A stretch of DNA of 64,000 bases from Candidatus Eremiobacteria bacterium (GTDB taxonomy: Bacteria; Vulcanimicrobiota; Vulcanimicrobiia; Vulcanimicrobiales; Vulcanimicrobiaceae): assembly GCA_963758295.1 (NCBI GenBank), contig CAVWUU010000004.1:512001-576000 (forward strand), read 5' to 3'. Positions 33,047 to 43,481 of this stretch are shown one piece after another. Each line of letters opens with the position of its first letter. Position 1 is the stretch's first letter. The notes under the pieces are model-generated. The model had not been told where the DNA came from and ran no database searches. It saw only the letters and a list, made by a program, of their open reading frames with translations. The position numbers were made by a program, and so were the translations under genes.

Positions 33047-34833
33047 TGCAGTGAGAATACCACCAAGTCACCGCCGAGATTCGTATAGCTCCCAAGATCC
33101 ATCGCGGCGTTTACCGCACCCAGGCCCGCGGTCGGATTCGTCAATCCGGCAGCAAGACCAAGGGCGGCCCATCCGCCGACGCCCGAAAGAATCGCCACGT
33201 ACTGCTTGCCTTTGTACGAGTAGGTGATCGGATTCCCGATAATTCCGGAAGGCATCTTTTGGGACCACAGTTCGGAACCGGTCTTCGTGTCAACCGCCTT
33301 GAAATAGCCGTCCAACGTGCCGTAGAAAGCTACGCCGCCGTCGGTCGTAAGGACGCCGCCCCACGCGGGGAAGCGCTCGTGATCGCTCCACACGATCTTG
33401 CCGTTATTCGGATCCCATGCGATTACCGCACCGCGATAGCCGCCGGGTCCTGGATACATCTTCACGATTGCGCCGACATACGGAAATCCCGCCTTATATT
33501 TCACGGCGAAAGCTTGGTAGTCCATGCAATTGTGATTGGTCGGAACGATGAAGTAGCCGGTTTGCGGATCGAACGATGCGGGCTGCTGATCTTTGTTGCC
33601 CATAGCCGCGGGACAAATGTTCTTGACGTTTGATCCCTGTTTCGTGCTATAGGCCGGATCGAGCACCGGACGTCCCGTCGTCATGTCGATATGCGTGGCC
33701 CAGTTCACGGACGGATCGAACTTCTCGGCAAGCAACAGTTTGCCGTTGCGCCGGTCGAGTTCGTACGCAAAGCCGTTACGATCGAAGTGAACGAGCGCAG
33801 GCACTTGCTGATCGTGAACTTTGATATCGGCGAGAATCATCTCGTTGACGCCATCGTAGTCCCATGCATCGTGCGGCGTCATCTGATACGCCCACACGGC
33901 CGTGCCGTCGGAGGGATGACGCGCGAAGATCGTCATGGACCACTTGTTATCGCCGGGACGCTGCGATGGATTCCACGTTCCGGGATTGCCGGTGCCGTAG
34001 TACAGCAGATCGAGCTGCGGATCGTAAGAATACCAGCCCCACGTCGTGCCGCCGCCAACTTTCCATTGGTCGCCGTGCCAGGTGCTGATGCCCGCATTCT
34101 TCGGGCCGTTGAATCCGGCCGGAATAAGTACATCGGCATCCGACCCTTCACTGTACGCGCGCCAGACTTTCTTTCCGCTGTGCAGATCGAAGGCCGTAAG
34201 GTATCCGCGCACGCCAAACTCACCGCCGGATACGCCCACCATGACACGGCTTTTATCTTCAATAACGAAGGGCGCCGACGTGACGGTTTGTCCCAGTTCG
34301 GGATCGGCGTTCTTCGCCGACCACACCACTTTACCGTCAGTGGCATTAAGCGCATAAATCGTGCCGTCGAGCGCATTGGCGATGATCATATTATCGCCAT
34401 AGGCAACGCCGCGATTGACAAGATCGCAGCATGCGACGGAGGTTGCGAACGAATCTTGTTTCGGCGTAAATTGCCACTTGATGTGATAGTCATCAAGCGA
34501 CACCGCATAAACGTGATTCGGATACGCGCTTTCGAAATACAGCGTATCTCCGATGACGAGCGGTTGGCCTTCGTGGCCGCGCGTCGCGCCGGTCGACATC
34601 ATCCACGCGACCTTTAAGCCTTTGGCATTGTCGGTGGTGATTTCTTTGAGTGCGCTATGACGGAGATTCGCGAAGTTTTGCGTCGGCATTGTCCACGTCG
34701 ATGCGTCCTGGCTCGTGTCGGTCATTGTCCCTTGCTGTTGGGCGCCTGCCCGGTTTTGACAGGCGAATAACCCTACGATCAAGCCCGTAGCGCAAATGGC
34801 GGCGGATGCCGAAGCAAGTACACGTTTGTTCAT
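33043..34833 (-). CDS. xoxF: Lanthanide-dependent PQQ methanol dehydrogenase
   Basis: RGHEGQP, vicinal CCDLVNRG, GGEFGVRG, GNPGTWN, PHDAWDYDGVNE (extra Asp of Ln-type enzymes), KDQQP. Confidence 0.9.
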   Translation of the reverse strand: MNKRVLASASAAICATGLIVGLFACQNRAGAQQQGTMTDTSQDASTWTMPTQNFANLRHSALKEITTDNAKGLKVAWMMSTGATRGHEGQPLVIGDTLYFESAYPNHVYAVSLDDYHIKWQFTPKQDSFATSVACCDLVNRGVAYGDNMIIANALDGTIYALNATDGKVVWSAKNADPELGQTVTSAPFVIEDKSRVMVGVSGGEFGVRGYLTAFDLHSGKKVWRAYSEGSDADVLIPAGFNGPKNAGISTWHGDQWKVGGGTTWGWYSYDPQLDLLYYGTGNPGTWNPSQRPGDNKWSMTIFARHPSDGTAVWAYQMTPHDAWDYDGVNEMILADIKVHDQQVPALVHFDRNGFAYELDRRNGKLLLAEKFDPSVNWATHIDMTTGRPVLDPAYSTKQGSNVKNICPAAMGNKDQQPASFDPQTGYFIVPTNHNCMDYQAFAVKYKAGFPYVGAIVKMYPGPGGYRGAVIAWDPNNGKIVWSDHERFPAWGGVLTTDGGVAFYGTLDGYFKAVDTKTGSELWSQKMPSGIIGNPITYSYKGKQYVAILSGVGGWAALGLAAGLTNPTAGLGAVNAAMDLGSYTNLGGDLVVFSLQ

Positions 34834-34902
34834 GTGTTACTCCTGGCTTCATGCAGCTTCTCAAAGCGTAGTCCCAGGGTACTGCTTGTAACAATCGTGC
34901 GC

Positions 34903-34943
34903 CCTGATGATCGTCAAACCTGACGATCGTCAGGTTCGATGAT
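34903..34943. promoter_or_regulatory. Palindromic operator between xoxF and the divergent response regulator
   Basis: Perfect 20-bp palindrome AACCTGACGATCGTCAGGTT (34917-34936), plus a second CCTGATGATCGTCA copy 16 bp upstream. Confidence 0.65.
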
Positions 34944-35011
34944 GGCGGCAGCTCTAATACAGGTGCCGTGCAGACGACTTTGAATTGCATCATCATCGGG
35001 AGGACGAACGT

Positions 35012-35683
35012 ATGCTCCATCGTTCGGTCAAAGGGCCCGGTGTTGCCATGCCGGTCGGGGTGGCCATCGTGGCGGATCGCCGTACCACTGCGGCAGCTTT
35101 AGCCGAAGTGCTCGGCGCGGATCGCGAGCTATTACTGTTGGGCACGGCCGATGCCGAGGGCGGCAAAGAACTGCTCCAAAATCGCGCGTTGCGCGTGCTC
35201 ATCGTCAACCTCAGCTTAGCCGGTGGTGAAGGCGTGCGGTTCATACGCACCGCCAAGCAAATTCGTCCCGACGTGGGTGTCCTTTCCTTAAAGCGCATGG
35301 TGGATGAACATCAACTACGCGCCGCCTTGGACGCCGGCGCCGACGCATGCTGCATGGCTGCTACCCCGGCAACGCGCATTCGCAAGGCTATCAAAGTCGT
35401 CGCCGACGGCGCAACTTGGCTCGACCCCGAGGTTGCACACGCGCTCTTCCATCATGAAACCCGCGAGGAACACGATGCCGGCGTTGCGCTGCCTCGTCTC
35501 TCGCCGCGCGAACAGCAGATTCTGCGGTTGCTCGTGGAAGGCTATTCTAATGAAGAGATCGCGCGTCAGCTGGAGTGCGCGTATCCAACCGTGCGCACGC
35601 ATCTAGCGCATTTATACAATAAGCTCGACGTCGGCGATCGGGTTTCTGCAGCGGTGTTCGCATTGCGCCATGGGCTGACGTGA
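35012..35683 (+). CDS. NarL/LuxR-family response regulator with atypical receiver
   Basis: GGGAGG SD; VLIVNLSL (Asn at the phosphoacceptor position); HTH LSPREQQILRLLVEGYSNEEIA. Confidence 0.85.
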   Translation: MLHRSVKGPGVAMPVGVAIVADRRTTAAALAEVLGADRELLLLGTADAEGGKELLQNRALRVLIVNLSLAGGEGVRFIRTAKQIRPDVGVLSLKRMVDEHQLRAALDAGADACCMAATPATRIRKAIKVVADGATWLDPEVAHALFHHETREEHDAGVALPRLSPREQQILRLLVEGYSNEEIARQLECAYPTVRTHLAHLYNKLDVGDRVSAAVFALRHGLT

Positions 35684-37653
35684 TCGCGGCGATTGTAGCC
35701 GCCGTCGCAGCCGTCACGACTTCACCGTCGCCATCACCCACGCCATCAGCGTCTCCCCTGCCCGTGATTACGACCGTGCGCGTCGCCACCGGGTCCCCGC
35801 AGACGCTTCACAAGCTGCCGGTCGCAGCGTCGGTGATGGATTCCGTTCAGCTAGCGAATACGGCGGCAGCTACGGGCGACGCTGTGCTGAGAAACCTTCC
35901 GGGCTTCGATCGCACGCGCAGCAATAGCAACTTTACCAATTACGGCCAGCTGCGCGTGTCCTTTACGGGGGCCGGGAACGATCGCGGGCTGGTGCTTGCA
36001 AACGGAATTCCGGCGCAGGACGCGTTCGGCGGGCAAGTTGACTGGGCAGAGTATCCGGCCAACGACATCGTTCGCGCAGAGTTGTTGCGCGGCGCCGGTT
36101 CGGCATTGTACGGCGCGGGCGCAATCGGCGGCGTGCTTCAGCTCGACACATTCGGTCCGGCGCGCACGCGGGAAGAGGCGCAGGGCGCCTTCACGTTTGG
36201 CACCGGTACGAACAACTCGCTGCTGAACTACGGCAACGTCCAGATCCCGATTTCGACGAAGCTCCAGGCGTCGATCTCGGCACAGCAGTCGCAACTTTCG
36301 TATCTGGCCCTTACGCCGGGCTACCAGAGCCCGATCGACAAGCCCTCGCAGTCGCAAACGAGCATGGCGTCGTTACGCCTTCGCTATTCGCCCACTGCGC
36401 ACGATTCGGTTGAATACGGCTATCGCGGCGCATGGGATTATCAGTTCGAAGGGCGTCCGAATTACGATTTCTGGCGGCGCCTCCATGAAAATTCGTTACG
36501 GTTCGCTCACTCCACGTCAACGCAGAACATCGGCGTGGACGTATATACACGCGACACTTTGATAACGAACCGCGCCGACGTCTATCCGCAAAGTCCCGGA
36601 ACGCTGCGCTACACGCAGTCGGTACCTACCGCGGAGAGCGGCGTTGCTTTTCATTGGAGCGCGGCATCGCAACATGCGGAGTTCGCCGTGCGTGCCGACG
36701 AACGGGCCGTGAACGGATTGAGCACGCAGCTCGGCCGTAACAACGTCTTTCAAAGCTCCGGCAGCGGCGCCCAACAACTGGCGGGTCTCGCGTTGCAAGA
36801 GACTTACACGTTTACGCACGGCGAAATCGTCGCAGGCGTGCGCGGCGACGAAGTGAACTTGACTCGCGGAAACGTGGTCAATGCATCGGGGACCACGACG
36901 GTCGCGCCGCGCGCGGATCGCGCCGTCTCGCCACGGCTCGCGCTGCGTTACGACGTAACGCCGCAGTTGGCGATTCGTATCTCGGATGGCGCCGGCTTCC
37001 GCGCGCCGTTTCTGAACGAACTCGTGCGCGGTTATCAGATCGGGCCGATCGCGTATCGCCCAAATTCGTCCCTCGTGCCCGAACGCAGCTCGTCGCTTTC
37101 GGGAGGGTTTGACTGGACCTCGGCACGCACGCACGTAGCACTTGACGGCTTTCATACGTTCGTGAACGATGCGATCTCGTTCCGGACGATCGATCCCACG
37201 ACGCAGATTCGCAGTAATTTCGCGCACACGCAGACCGATGGAGAAACCTTGACGATCACGCGTGCGCTTTCGCCGGCAACGCGGCTTCAGGTCTTTGGAA
37301 CGGCGCAGTACGCGCGTGTCACGTCGGGTGGCCCGACCGGCGGCAAGTATTTGCCGTACGTTCCGAATGCTTCGGCGGGGATCGATTTCGATACGACGGT
37401 GTCGAAGATTGGCGCTGGAATCAGCCTGAGCTATTTAGGACAAACGTACGCCGACGACTTGAATACGCAGCCCTTGGGAACTTCCGTGCTGCTTGGCGTG
37501 CACGTTTCGGTGCCGATTCGCGACGGGGTAAAAGTAACGGTCGATCTCGAGAATGCGACTAGCGCCCACTACCTCTCGAGCATCGACCGTTATGGACCGC
37601 CGGCGACGGTGACCGTTGGGGTCACCGTCCCGACTGCGCCGTTAGTGCCTTAG
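35680..37653 (+). CDS. TonB-dependent receptor
   Basis: Plug LRNLPG, LVLANGIP, RAELLRGAGSALYGAGAIGGV; SPRLALRY, GFRAPFLNEL, LVPERS, DLEN; GTGA overlap with the regulator. Confidence 0.9.
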   Translation: MIAAIVAAVAAVTTSPSPSPTPSASPLPVITTVRVATGSPQTLHKLPVAASVMDSVQLANTAAATGDAVLRNLPGFDRTRSNSNFTNYGQLRVSFTGAGNDRGLVLANGIPAQDAFGGQVDWAEYPANDIVRAELLRGAGSALYGAGAIGGVLQLDTFGPARTREEAQGAFTFGTGTNNSLLNYGNVQIPISTKLQASISAQQSQLSYLALTPGYQSPIDKPSQSQTSMASLRLRYSPTAHDSVEYGYRGAWDYQFEGRPNYDFWRRLHENSLRFAHSTSTQNIGVDVYTRDTLITNRADVYPQSPGTLRYTQSVPTAESGVAFHWSAASQHAEFAVRADERAVNGLSTQLGRNNVFQSSGSGAQQLAGLALQETYTFTHGEIVAGVRGDEVNLTRGNVVNASGTTTVAPRADRAVSPRLALRYDVTPQLAIRISDGAGFRAPFLNELVRGYQIGPIAYRPNSSLVPERSSSLSGGFDWTSARTHVALDGFHTFVNDAISFRTIDPTTQIRSNFAHTQTDGETLTITRALSPATRLQVFGTAQYARVTSGGPTGGKYLPYVPNASAGIDFDTTVSKIGAGISLSYLGQTYADDLNTQPLGTSVLLGVHVSVPIRDGVKVTVDLENATSAHYLSSIDRYGPPATVTVGVTVPTAPLVP

Positions 37654-39377
37654 TTACAACCGTTGGTTGTCAGCAGCACGTAGGCGTCGTGGTTTGCAAC
37701 TGTGAGCGCATTGGAAACCTGACGTCCTTCCAGATCGCGGTACGTATGACCGGCCGGAAGATTTGCGACTTCGCTTGAGCGCGAGGTCGAGCCGCTGTTG
37801 ACGACGACGAACGCATTGCTGTAGCGGCGATACCACAGATCCGGGCTGCCGGCGTTGGTTGCGGAGCCGCCGTAGTACGCCGCGCACGGCGTGCCGTAGT
37901 CGACGTTGTACTCGCTGTGGAACTGTTCGACGCCGTAACCGGGGTTATTGCTGATGAAGAGACCCGAGCCGCCTTCATTGCTCATCAAATACGTAGCGAT
38001 ACCGTATTCGACTTGCACCGGCGTAACGGCGGCCGACTGATAGAACTTGTCGATCGTGATCGGAGCCGCGCCATGGGCTTGCGCATAACGCGTCCAGTCG
38101 GTGGTGGTTTTGAAGAGGCTGGTGCTCTTGGTGTAGTTGCTGTAGTCGGCGTAGCCCGTTTCGTTGAGGTCGACGTCGACGTTTGCAAGCAGCGCGGCTT
38201 CGTTAGCGTTCGTGTACGAGCCGGCCGGGTGATTGACGACCAGCTTCAGGTTGTTGGCGGCGGCAATTGCGTGCGCGGCCTTCACCCAAGCGACCGTGTC
38301 GTCGGCCCACGCCACGTCGTTCTTGCTGCTGTAGCGACGGACGAACGTGCCGTTCTGATAGATGCCGCATGCATAGGCGCCGGCGCCGGCCGTAACGCCG
38401 CCGATGTTCTGGAAGAGCACTTCATCGTACGCGAGGCCGTTATAGCCGTTCTTGAGCGCGTAGCTCGCCGCGAGCTTCACTTGATACTGCACGACGGCCG
38501 GATTGTGAATGTCGAGCGGAATGTTCTGCGGGAGGCTTCCAACGTACGCCGGGATTTTGGTCGGCGTGCCGCTTGCCGTGCACGAGTACAGGACCCAATC
38601 CGGATGATTCGCTTCCCACCACGCGAGGTTGTGACCGATGCCGCCCCACGAGACCCAGCTCGCATCGGTTTCTTGCGGCATGTAGTAGCTCGCGATCAGC
38701 GACGAGTTGTTCTTGCGCCACGCCGAGGCCATGCCCGGGCGCGCGCCCCAAACGAGACTGTAACGCGGACCGTCCGCTTCAGCCGCTGCAGCCGACACAC
38801 GCGGCGAGCCCCAGGCATCAAAGACTTGGAATGGGGCGATTTTGGCTTTTGCCATCTGCAGCAGCGGCGTCGTCGAGTTGCCATTCGGCGGCGCGACGGC
38901 CGGTGCGCTGGTCTTCGACGGTACCGGAGTCGGCGTGGCAACTTCGCCGGTAGCGCCGACTTGCGTGACGCTTGTCGCGGTAACGCTTGCAAACGAGCCG
39001 GTTCCTACAGCGGTAACCTGCTGCCCGACAGCGAGCTTAGCGCCCGTGAATCGGGTCGACGAGTTCGTGTAAATGTGGACAAAGCCGTGCGGCGACGCCG
39101 TTTGCATCGTGAAGCCGCCCTTGAAGATGCCGGCTACGCTACCGCTGGCGGTGATCGTGCCGTTCGACGCAGTCATCGACATCGTCGACATCGCCGCGGG
39201 TGTCGCCGTCGCCGTTGCTCCTAACGGTGACGTCGTCGCTCCAGTTGCCGAGGGGTCGCCGGGGATCGTGGCGGGCATGGGTCCGCCGGTCGGAGAACCG
39301 CCGCCGCCGCCGCAAGCGGCCAGCGAGGCGGAGAGAAACGCGAAAAGCGCAAGACGGGAAACGAAAAGTTTGCTCAC
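37650..39377 (-). CDS. Lipoprotein with putative glycoside hydrolase (TIM-barrel) domain
   Basis: Lipobox LAAC-GGGG, Pro/Thr linker, HPDWVLY, LDIHNP, GYNGLAYD, WYRRYSNAFVVVN. Confidence 0.65.
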   Translation of the reverse strand: MSKLFVSRLALFAFLSASLAACGGGGGSPTGGPMPATIPGDPSATGATTSPLGATATATPAAMSTMSMTASNGTITASGSVAGIFKGGFTMQTASPHGFVHIYTNSSTRFTGAKLAVGQQVTAVGTGSFASVTATSVTQVGATGEVATPTPVPSKTSAPAVAPPNGNSTTPLLQMAKAKIAPFQVFDAWGSPRVSAAAAEADGPRYSLVWGARPGMASAWRKNNSSLIASYYMPQETDASWVSWGGIGHNLAWWEANHPDWVLYSCTASGTPTKIPAYVGSLPQNIPLDIHNPAVVQYQVKLAASYALKNGYNGLAYDEVLFQNIGGVTAGAGAYACGIYQNGTFVRRYSSKNDVAWADDTVAWVKAAHAIAAANNLKLVVNHPAGSYTNANEAALLANVDVDLNETGYADYSNYTKSTSLFKTTTDWTRYAQAHGAAPITIDKFYQSAAVTPVQVEYGIATYLMSNEGGSGLFISNNPGYGVEQFHSEYNVDYGTPCAAYYGGSATNAGSPDLWYRRYSNAFVVVNSGSTSRSSEVANLPAGHTYRDLEGRQVSNALTVANHDAYVLLTTNGCN

Positions 39378-39552
39378 GATAAAATTTCTCGTCTCGTTTT
39401 GCGGCTTACATTAAGCTTTTTACCGTAGCTTTACAAAAGTAGCTCAATCGCTAGAGGAATAAGCAAGCGTGCGCAAGACGGGCTCCCGTAATTCGTTTGC
39501 TTGCTGGAACAATCGGGAATCTGCTTTGCGTTACTTCACCCAGGAGGGGACT

Positions 39553-40032
39553 ATGAACCTGAAGCAAGCACTCGCGGCGCTGGCGCTCACCGGCGCAATC
39601 GCAACCACCGTTCCGGCCGCGCCCGCGATGGCCGACGGTGCCGCAAGTACGCGAAACATCATTTTTGGGGCGGCGGCCGCCGGCGCGACCCTGCTCATCA
39701 TCAATCACAATCGAAAGGTGCACGAGCGCTACGCGGAAGACGCGCGACGCCAGGCCGCCCTGCAGTCCGAGAACAACGACGCCTGGGCCGCCTATCATCA
39801 AGAGCAGCGCGCCTACCAGCAGCAAGTCGCGGTCAACGGCGACCTAAAGCGCGAAGTTGCCTACCAGCACAAGATCGTTGAAGATCAGCGCCGCCAGCTC
39901 GCTTCGCTGAACATGCACAACGGTTTCGTGGCTGCACGTCAGGCGCAACCGCAACGGGTCGCGTCGCGAAACTCGCACCAGCGGAATAACCAGCAGGTCG
40001 CGATGGTCTCCTACGGATGGGGCGACCTCTAA
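39553..40032 (+). CDS. Secreted coiled-coil hypothetical protein
   Basis: AGGAGG SD, signal peptide, Gln-rich helix. Confidence 0.7.
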   Translation: MNLKQALAALALTGAIATTVPAAPAMADGAASTRNIIFGAAAAGATLLIINHNRKVHERYAEDARRQAALQSENNDAWAAYHQEQRAYQQQVAVNGDLKREVAYQHKIVEDQRRQLASLNMHNGFVAARQAQPQRVASRNSHQRNNQQVAMVSYGWGDL

Positions 40033-40412
40033 TGGTCGTACGCCAAGGCTTTGCGCTCGTGTTGCTTGCGGCTCTGGCGGCATGCAACTCGGGCGCGAGC
40101 AACGGTGCAAGCGGCAGCGCCGCAACCACCGCGGACAGCGTCACGAAGTCGGTCTATAACAACGACGTCGACGGCGTCACTTCAAACTTCGACGACCAAC
40201 TGAAGTCGACGGTTTCACGCGGTGAAGTGGGAACGTTATCCGACAAGATGCACGCCCTCGGAGACTACAAGGGTCTCACGTTCATCAACGCCGACAACTC
40301 AAAAAACGAGTACACGTATCGCGCGAACTTCGATAAAGGCGCCATGAACGTCGTCATCAAGGTCGACCCCGACGGCAAACTCTCCGCTTACCGCCTCTTC
40401 TCCCAAACGTAA
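40032..40412 (+). CDS. Small lipoprotein
   Basis: LAAC lipobox; TAATG coupling to the upstream gene. Confidence 0.7.
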   Translation: MVVRQGFALVLLAALAACNSGASNGASGSAATTADSVTKSVYNNDVDGVTSNFDDQLKSTVSRGEVGTLSDKMHALGDYKGLTFINADNSKNEYTYRANFDKGAMNVVIKVDPDGKLSAYRLFSQT

Positions 40413-40421
40413 GCCCCCGCG

Positions 40422-42569
40422 TTAAAAACCGGAAGCTGACTCGAGGCTTAAAAAAGTGCGAGCGAAGAGATCGGCGGGCAGCGGGTGGCCTAACGCGTAG
40501 CCCTGTGCGTACTCGCAGCCGATCTCGGTCATCACTTGGAGCTGCATCATGTTTTCGCAGCCTTCGGCGACGCAGGTCATGCCGAGTTCGGATGCCAAAC
40601 GGACGACGGTTGCAGCCACGGCCTTGGCTTTGGCGTCGACTTCGCTGCGCGTCACGAACGAACGGTCGATCTTCAACACGCCGGCCGGAACGTCGCGCAC
40701 GCGGCCGAGCGATGAACCGCCCGTGCCGAAGTCGTCGATCGCGGTATGCACGCCCATTTCGCGCAGGCGCTGCACGAGCGCGGAGACGTCGCGTTCGTCG
40801 CTCGCGATGATGTTTTCGTTGATTTCAACGAGGAGCGCATCGGCGGGAACGGCTGTGCGCTCGAGCAGCTCGGCAATGCGCTGCGCGCAATGGCGCGAGA
40901 GCGTTTGACGGCCGAAAAGGTTCACCCACACTCGGAAGTTGGGAATTTCGCGGCGCCATTCACCGGCTTGCAGCAGCGCTTGTTCCATGACGTCCCAGCC
41001 GACGTGTTCGCCGATGGACAAGCGTTCGAGCATATCGATGAAGCTTGCCGGCGAGACGATACCGCGATCCGGATGGATCCATCGGAGCAGCGCTTCGGCA
41101 CCAACGACTTGCCAGTCGCCGTGTTCCTGATCGTAGCGGAAAATCGGTTGGAAGAACGGCACGAGTTCGCGCTTTACAACCGCTTTATGAAGCTCGCCGA
41201 CGAGCGACGGACCGGTACCCGATTGCAGTTCCGGCGCGTACACCATCGAGCGCATCGGAGAAACCTTCGCTTTATCGAGCGCGAGATCGGCCTTGCGCAA
41301 CATGTCGTCGGCGGAGCCGGCGCGCACCATGCGTACCGCGCCCATCGAAACGGAAATGTAGATGCGGGACCCGTCGATTTCGAAGGGGACTTCGAAGAAC
41401 GCGCGCAGTTCCGACATGAGCGCGTGCGGACTGCGATCGTCCACGACGGAAATAGAGAATTCGTCGGCGCTTACGCGCGCGATAAAATGCGACGTTGGAA
41501 AACTGGCGCGCAACCGCACGGCCATGTCCTGCAGCACGCGGTCGACAGCGCTGCGGCCAACGCCCTGATTGAGCACGCGCATATCGTCGACATCGAGAAT
41601 CACGAGGACGACGGCGGAGTCACGATGCCGCTCGATCCATTCAACCAGACGATCGCGGTTCGGCAAGCCGGTGAGTTCGTCTACATACGCACGGCGCGAC
41701 AGACGGGCGAGCAGTTCCCACCGTTCGGTGGTGAGGCCGCCCAGCAGCAGCGCCATGAGTGACGATGCAATGAGGAATCCTTCGTACTCGGCGAGCGAGT
41801 TTGCGGGCATGCGGGCGCCGCTTTCGATAATGCCGTGCATGCCGGTCGCGGCGACGAATGCGGTGCTGATGCCGAGCACCGCTCCGCGCAAGCCGTACCG
41901 GATCGCTAGCCACGAAATCGTCACGAACGAAAAATCCAGCAGCGGTTGGTTCGTATAGAGCGAGATCACGATGCCGGCAATAACCAAAACGGCGGTCGCG
42001 ACCATGAATCCCGTCAGCTCGGCACGCGTTGGATCGGTATGTTCGGCGGGCGATTCGAGTTGACGCCATCCGGCGAACGTGACGATCGAGGGGACGATCG
42101 CAACGATCGGTGCCGGATACGAAAGCATAGCTTGCACGAACATCCGCAACGTGTCGCTCGACGAGAACAGGCCGAAGGCGCCGTAGATCGCCATCGTCAC
42201 GAAACCAGCGAGCAGCGGCGAAAGGATGCACACCACGCCGCAGAATATCGCGATCTCGCGTATTGTGCGTAGCGGCAACGCAATGCGCAGCTTCTGCCTC
42301 ACATACCACACGGCCGTCGCGAAAATCGCTGCAGTCGCGCTTTGCGCGAGAAGCACGGCCCAAACCGGCTGCACGCCATGGAATAGGAACCAGTGTGCCA
42401 GCGCCGCGAGCGGGATCAACGGAGCAAAGCGCCAGCCTAAGAACAGAAGCAGCAAGACGTCCAGTGCGGCGGGCGGCACCCACGGCGCCGCCTGCCACAA
42501 TAGCAAAAACCCGGCGCTCATAAGCGCCACGCGTCGCCATGACATGGCGGCTGGACCTAGACTACCCAC
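40422..42569 (-). CDS. MASE1-like membrane sensor with degenerate GGDEF and EAL domains (likely c-di-GMP phosphodiesterase)
   Basis: Multi-TM N-terminus, DELTGLPNR, SADEF in place of GGDEF, AEALLRW, IDDFGTG, LKIDRSF, AEG.E, QGY. Confidence 0.9.
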   Translation of the reverse strand: MGSLGPAAMSWRRVALMSAGFLLLWQAAPWVPPAALDVLLLLFLGWRFAPLIPLAALAHWFLFHGVQPVWAVLLAQSATAAIFATAVWYVRQKLRIALPLRTIREIAIFCGVVCILSPLLAGFVTMAIYGAFGLFSSSDTLRMFVQAMLSYPAPIVAIVPSIVTFAGWRQLESPAEHTDPTRAELTGFMVATAVLVIAGIVISLYTNQPLLDFSFVTISWLAIRYGLRGAVLGISTAFVAATGMHGIIESGARMPANSLAEYEGFLIASSLMALLLGGLTTERWELLARLSRRAYVDELTGLPNRDRLVEWIERHRDSAVVLVILDVDDMRVLNQGVGRSAVDRVLQDMAVRLRASFPTSHFIARVSADEFSISVVDDRSPHALMSELRAFFEVPFEIDGSRIYISVSMGAVRMVRAGSADDMLRKADLALDKAKVSPMRSMVYAPELQSGTGPSLVGELHKAVVKRELVPFFQPIFRYDQEHGDWQVVGAEALLRWIHPDRGIVSPASFIDMLERLSIGEHVGWDVMEQALLQAGEWRREIPNFRVWVNLFGRQTLSRHCAQRIAELLERTAVPADALLVEINENIIASDERDVSALVQRLREMGVHTAIDDFGTGGSSLGRVRDVPAGVLKIDRSFVTRSEVDAKAKAVAATVVRLASELGMTCVAEGCENMMQLQVMTEIGCEYAQGYALGHPLPADLFARTFLSLESASGF

Positions 42570-42629
42570 GCGCCGCTACTTCCTCAGCCGTTCAATGAGC
42601 TCCCTTATTTGTACAGGAAGCTACACTGA

Positions 42630-43385
42630 TTACGGCTTCGCGAAGGAATCCTTCATGAGGGTCAGGTCGATCTTCGTACGCATGTAGCCCTCACCACGCG
42701 AGGCTTCTGCTGCTTCGTTCGTAATCGAGTCGGGAACCGACAGGTCGATGTCGTAGGAGATCCGTGAATCTTCGGTCATATCATCTTGCGTGCCGTCGAG
42801 CGACTTGATGTCGCGGTGTTCGTAAATCGTCGCCGGCTTGCCGTCGGCGTGCGCCGGCATCGAGAACGAGGTGACGACCTTCATCGTTTTGTCGTCCAGG
42901 CGGCGTTCCCAGTGGCCTTTGTCGTCGACGATCGACGGATCGTAGAAGTTGCGTCCGAGATGGGAAAGCAGCACGGCCATCGCATCCGTCGGCGCGTTCA
43001 CGGTGTCTGCGCACAGCACGCGGCTGTCGCCGTAAACGGCACAAGTCACCGGCGGACGTTGTCCGACGCGGCCTTCGGCGTTTTCTTGCGCGCGAATCAC
43101 CAAACCGCCGTCTTTCGCCACACCAACCACATCGATAACGACCGAGCCTTGCCGTCCGGCACTGCCTTGATACGAGATCACGCCGCTGCCGGTGGTGCCG
43201 ATGCCGCTGTCGTGGCCTTCGCCCGTCGTCGTGTAGGTGACGGCGAAGTGATACTCGAGATGGCGCAGCGACTGCACGAGCGCCGGCGAGGGAGACGAAG
43301 CGGTCGCAGGCGCAATCGCCGGCGTTTCCGCGGTAAATGCAAAAATCGCAGCGCTTGAAAGCGCCAATAGGACACCCTTATTCAT
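42630..43385 (-). CDS. Secreted hypothetical protein
   Basis: Signal peptide MNKGVLLAL...; long open frame. Confidence 0.65.
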   Translation of the reverse strand: MNKGVLLALSSAAIFAFTAETPAIAPATASSPSPALVQSLRHLEYHFAVTYTTTGEGHDSGIGTTGSGVISYQGSAGRQGSVVIDVVGVAKDGGLVIRAQENAEGRVGQRPPVTCAVYGDSRVLCADTVNAPTDAMAVLLSHLGRNFYDPSIVDDKGHWERRLDDKTMKVVTSFSMPAHADGKPATIYEHRDIKSLDGTQDDMTEDSRISYDIDLSVPDSITNEAAEASRGEGYMRTKIDLTLMKDSFAKP

Positions 43386-43481
43386 GGCGCGGATGTTCTG
43401 AGCGGCCGGGTGGGCGTTCCTATCGACTGGGCCTTTATAACTACGCGCGGCCGCCACGACCTTTGCTTGCGCTCGCGCGCT

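Noticed and set aside
33043..34833. Ca-dependent MxaF
   Set aside because: Has DYDG rather than DYAG, and there is no mxaI.
30280..35012. pqqA precursor peptide near xoxF
   Set aside because: No short ORF with the ExxxY motif was found in the intergenic spaces I read.
40422..42569. Active diguanylate cyclase
   Set aside because: The GGDEF motif is degenerate (SADEF); the EAL motifs are largely intact.
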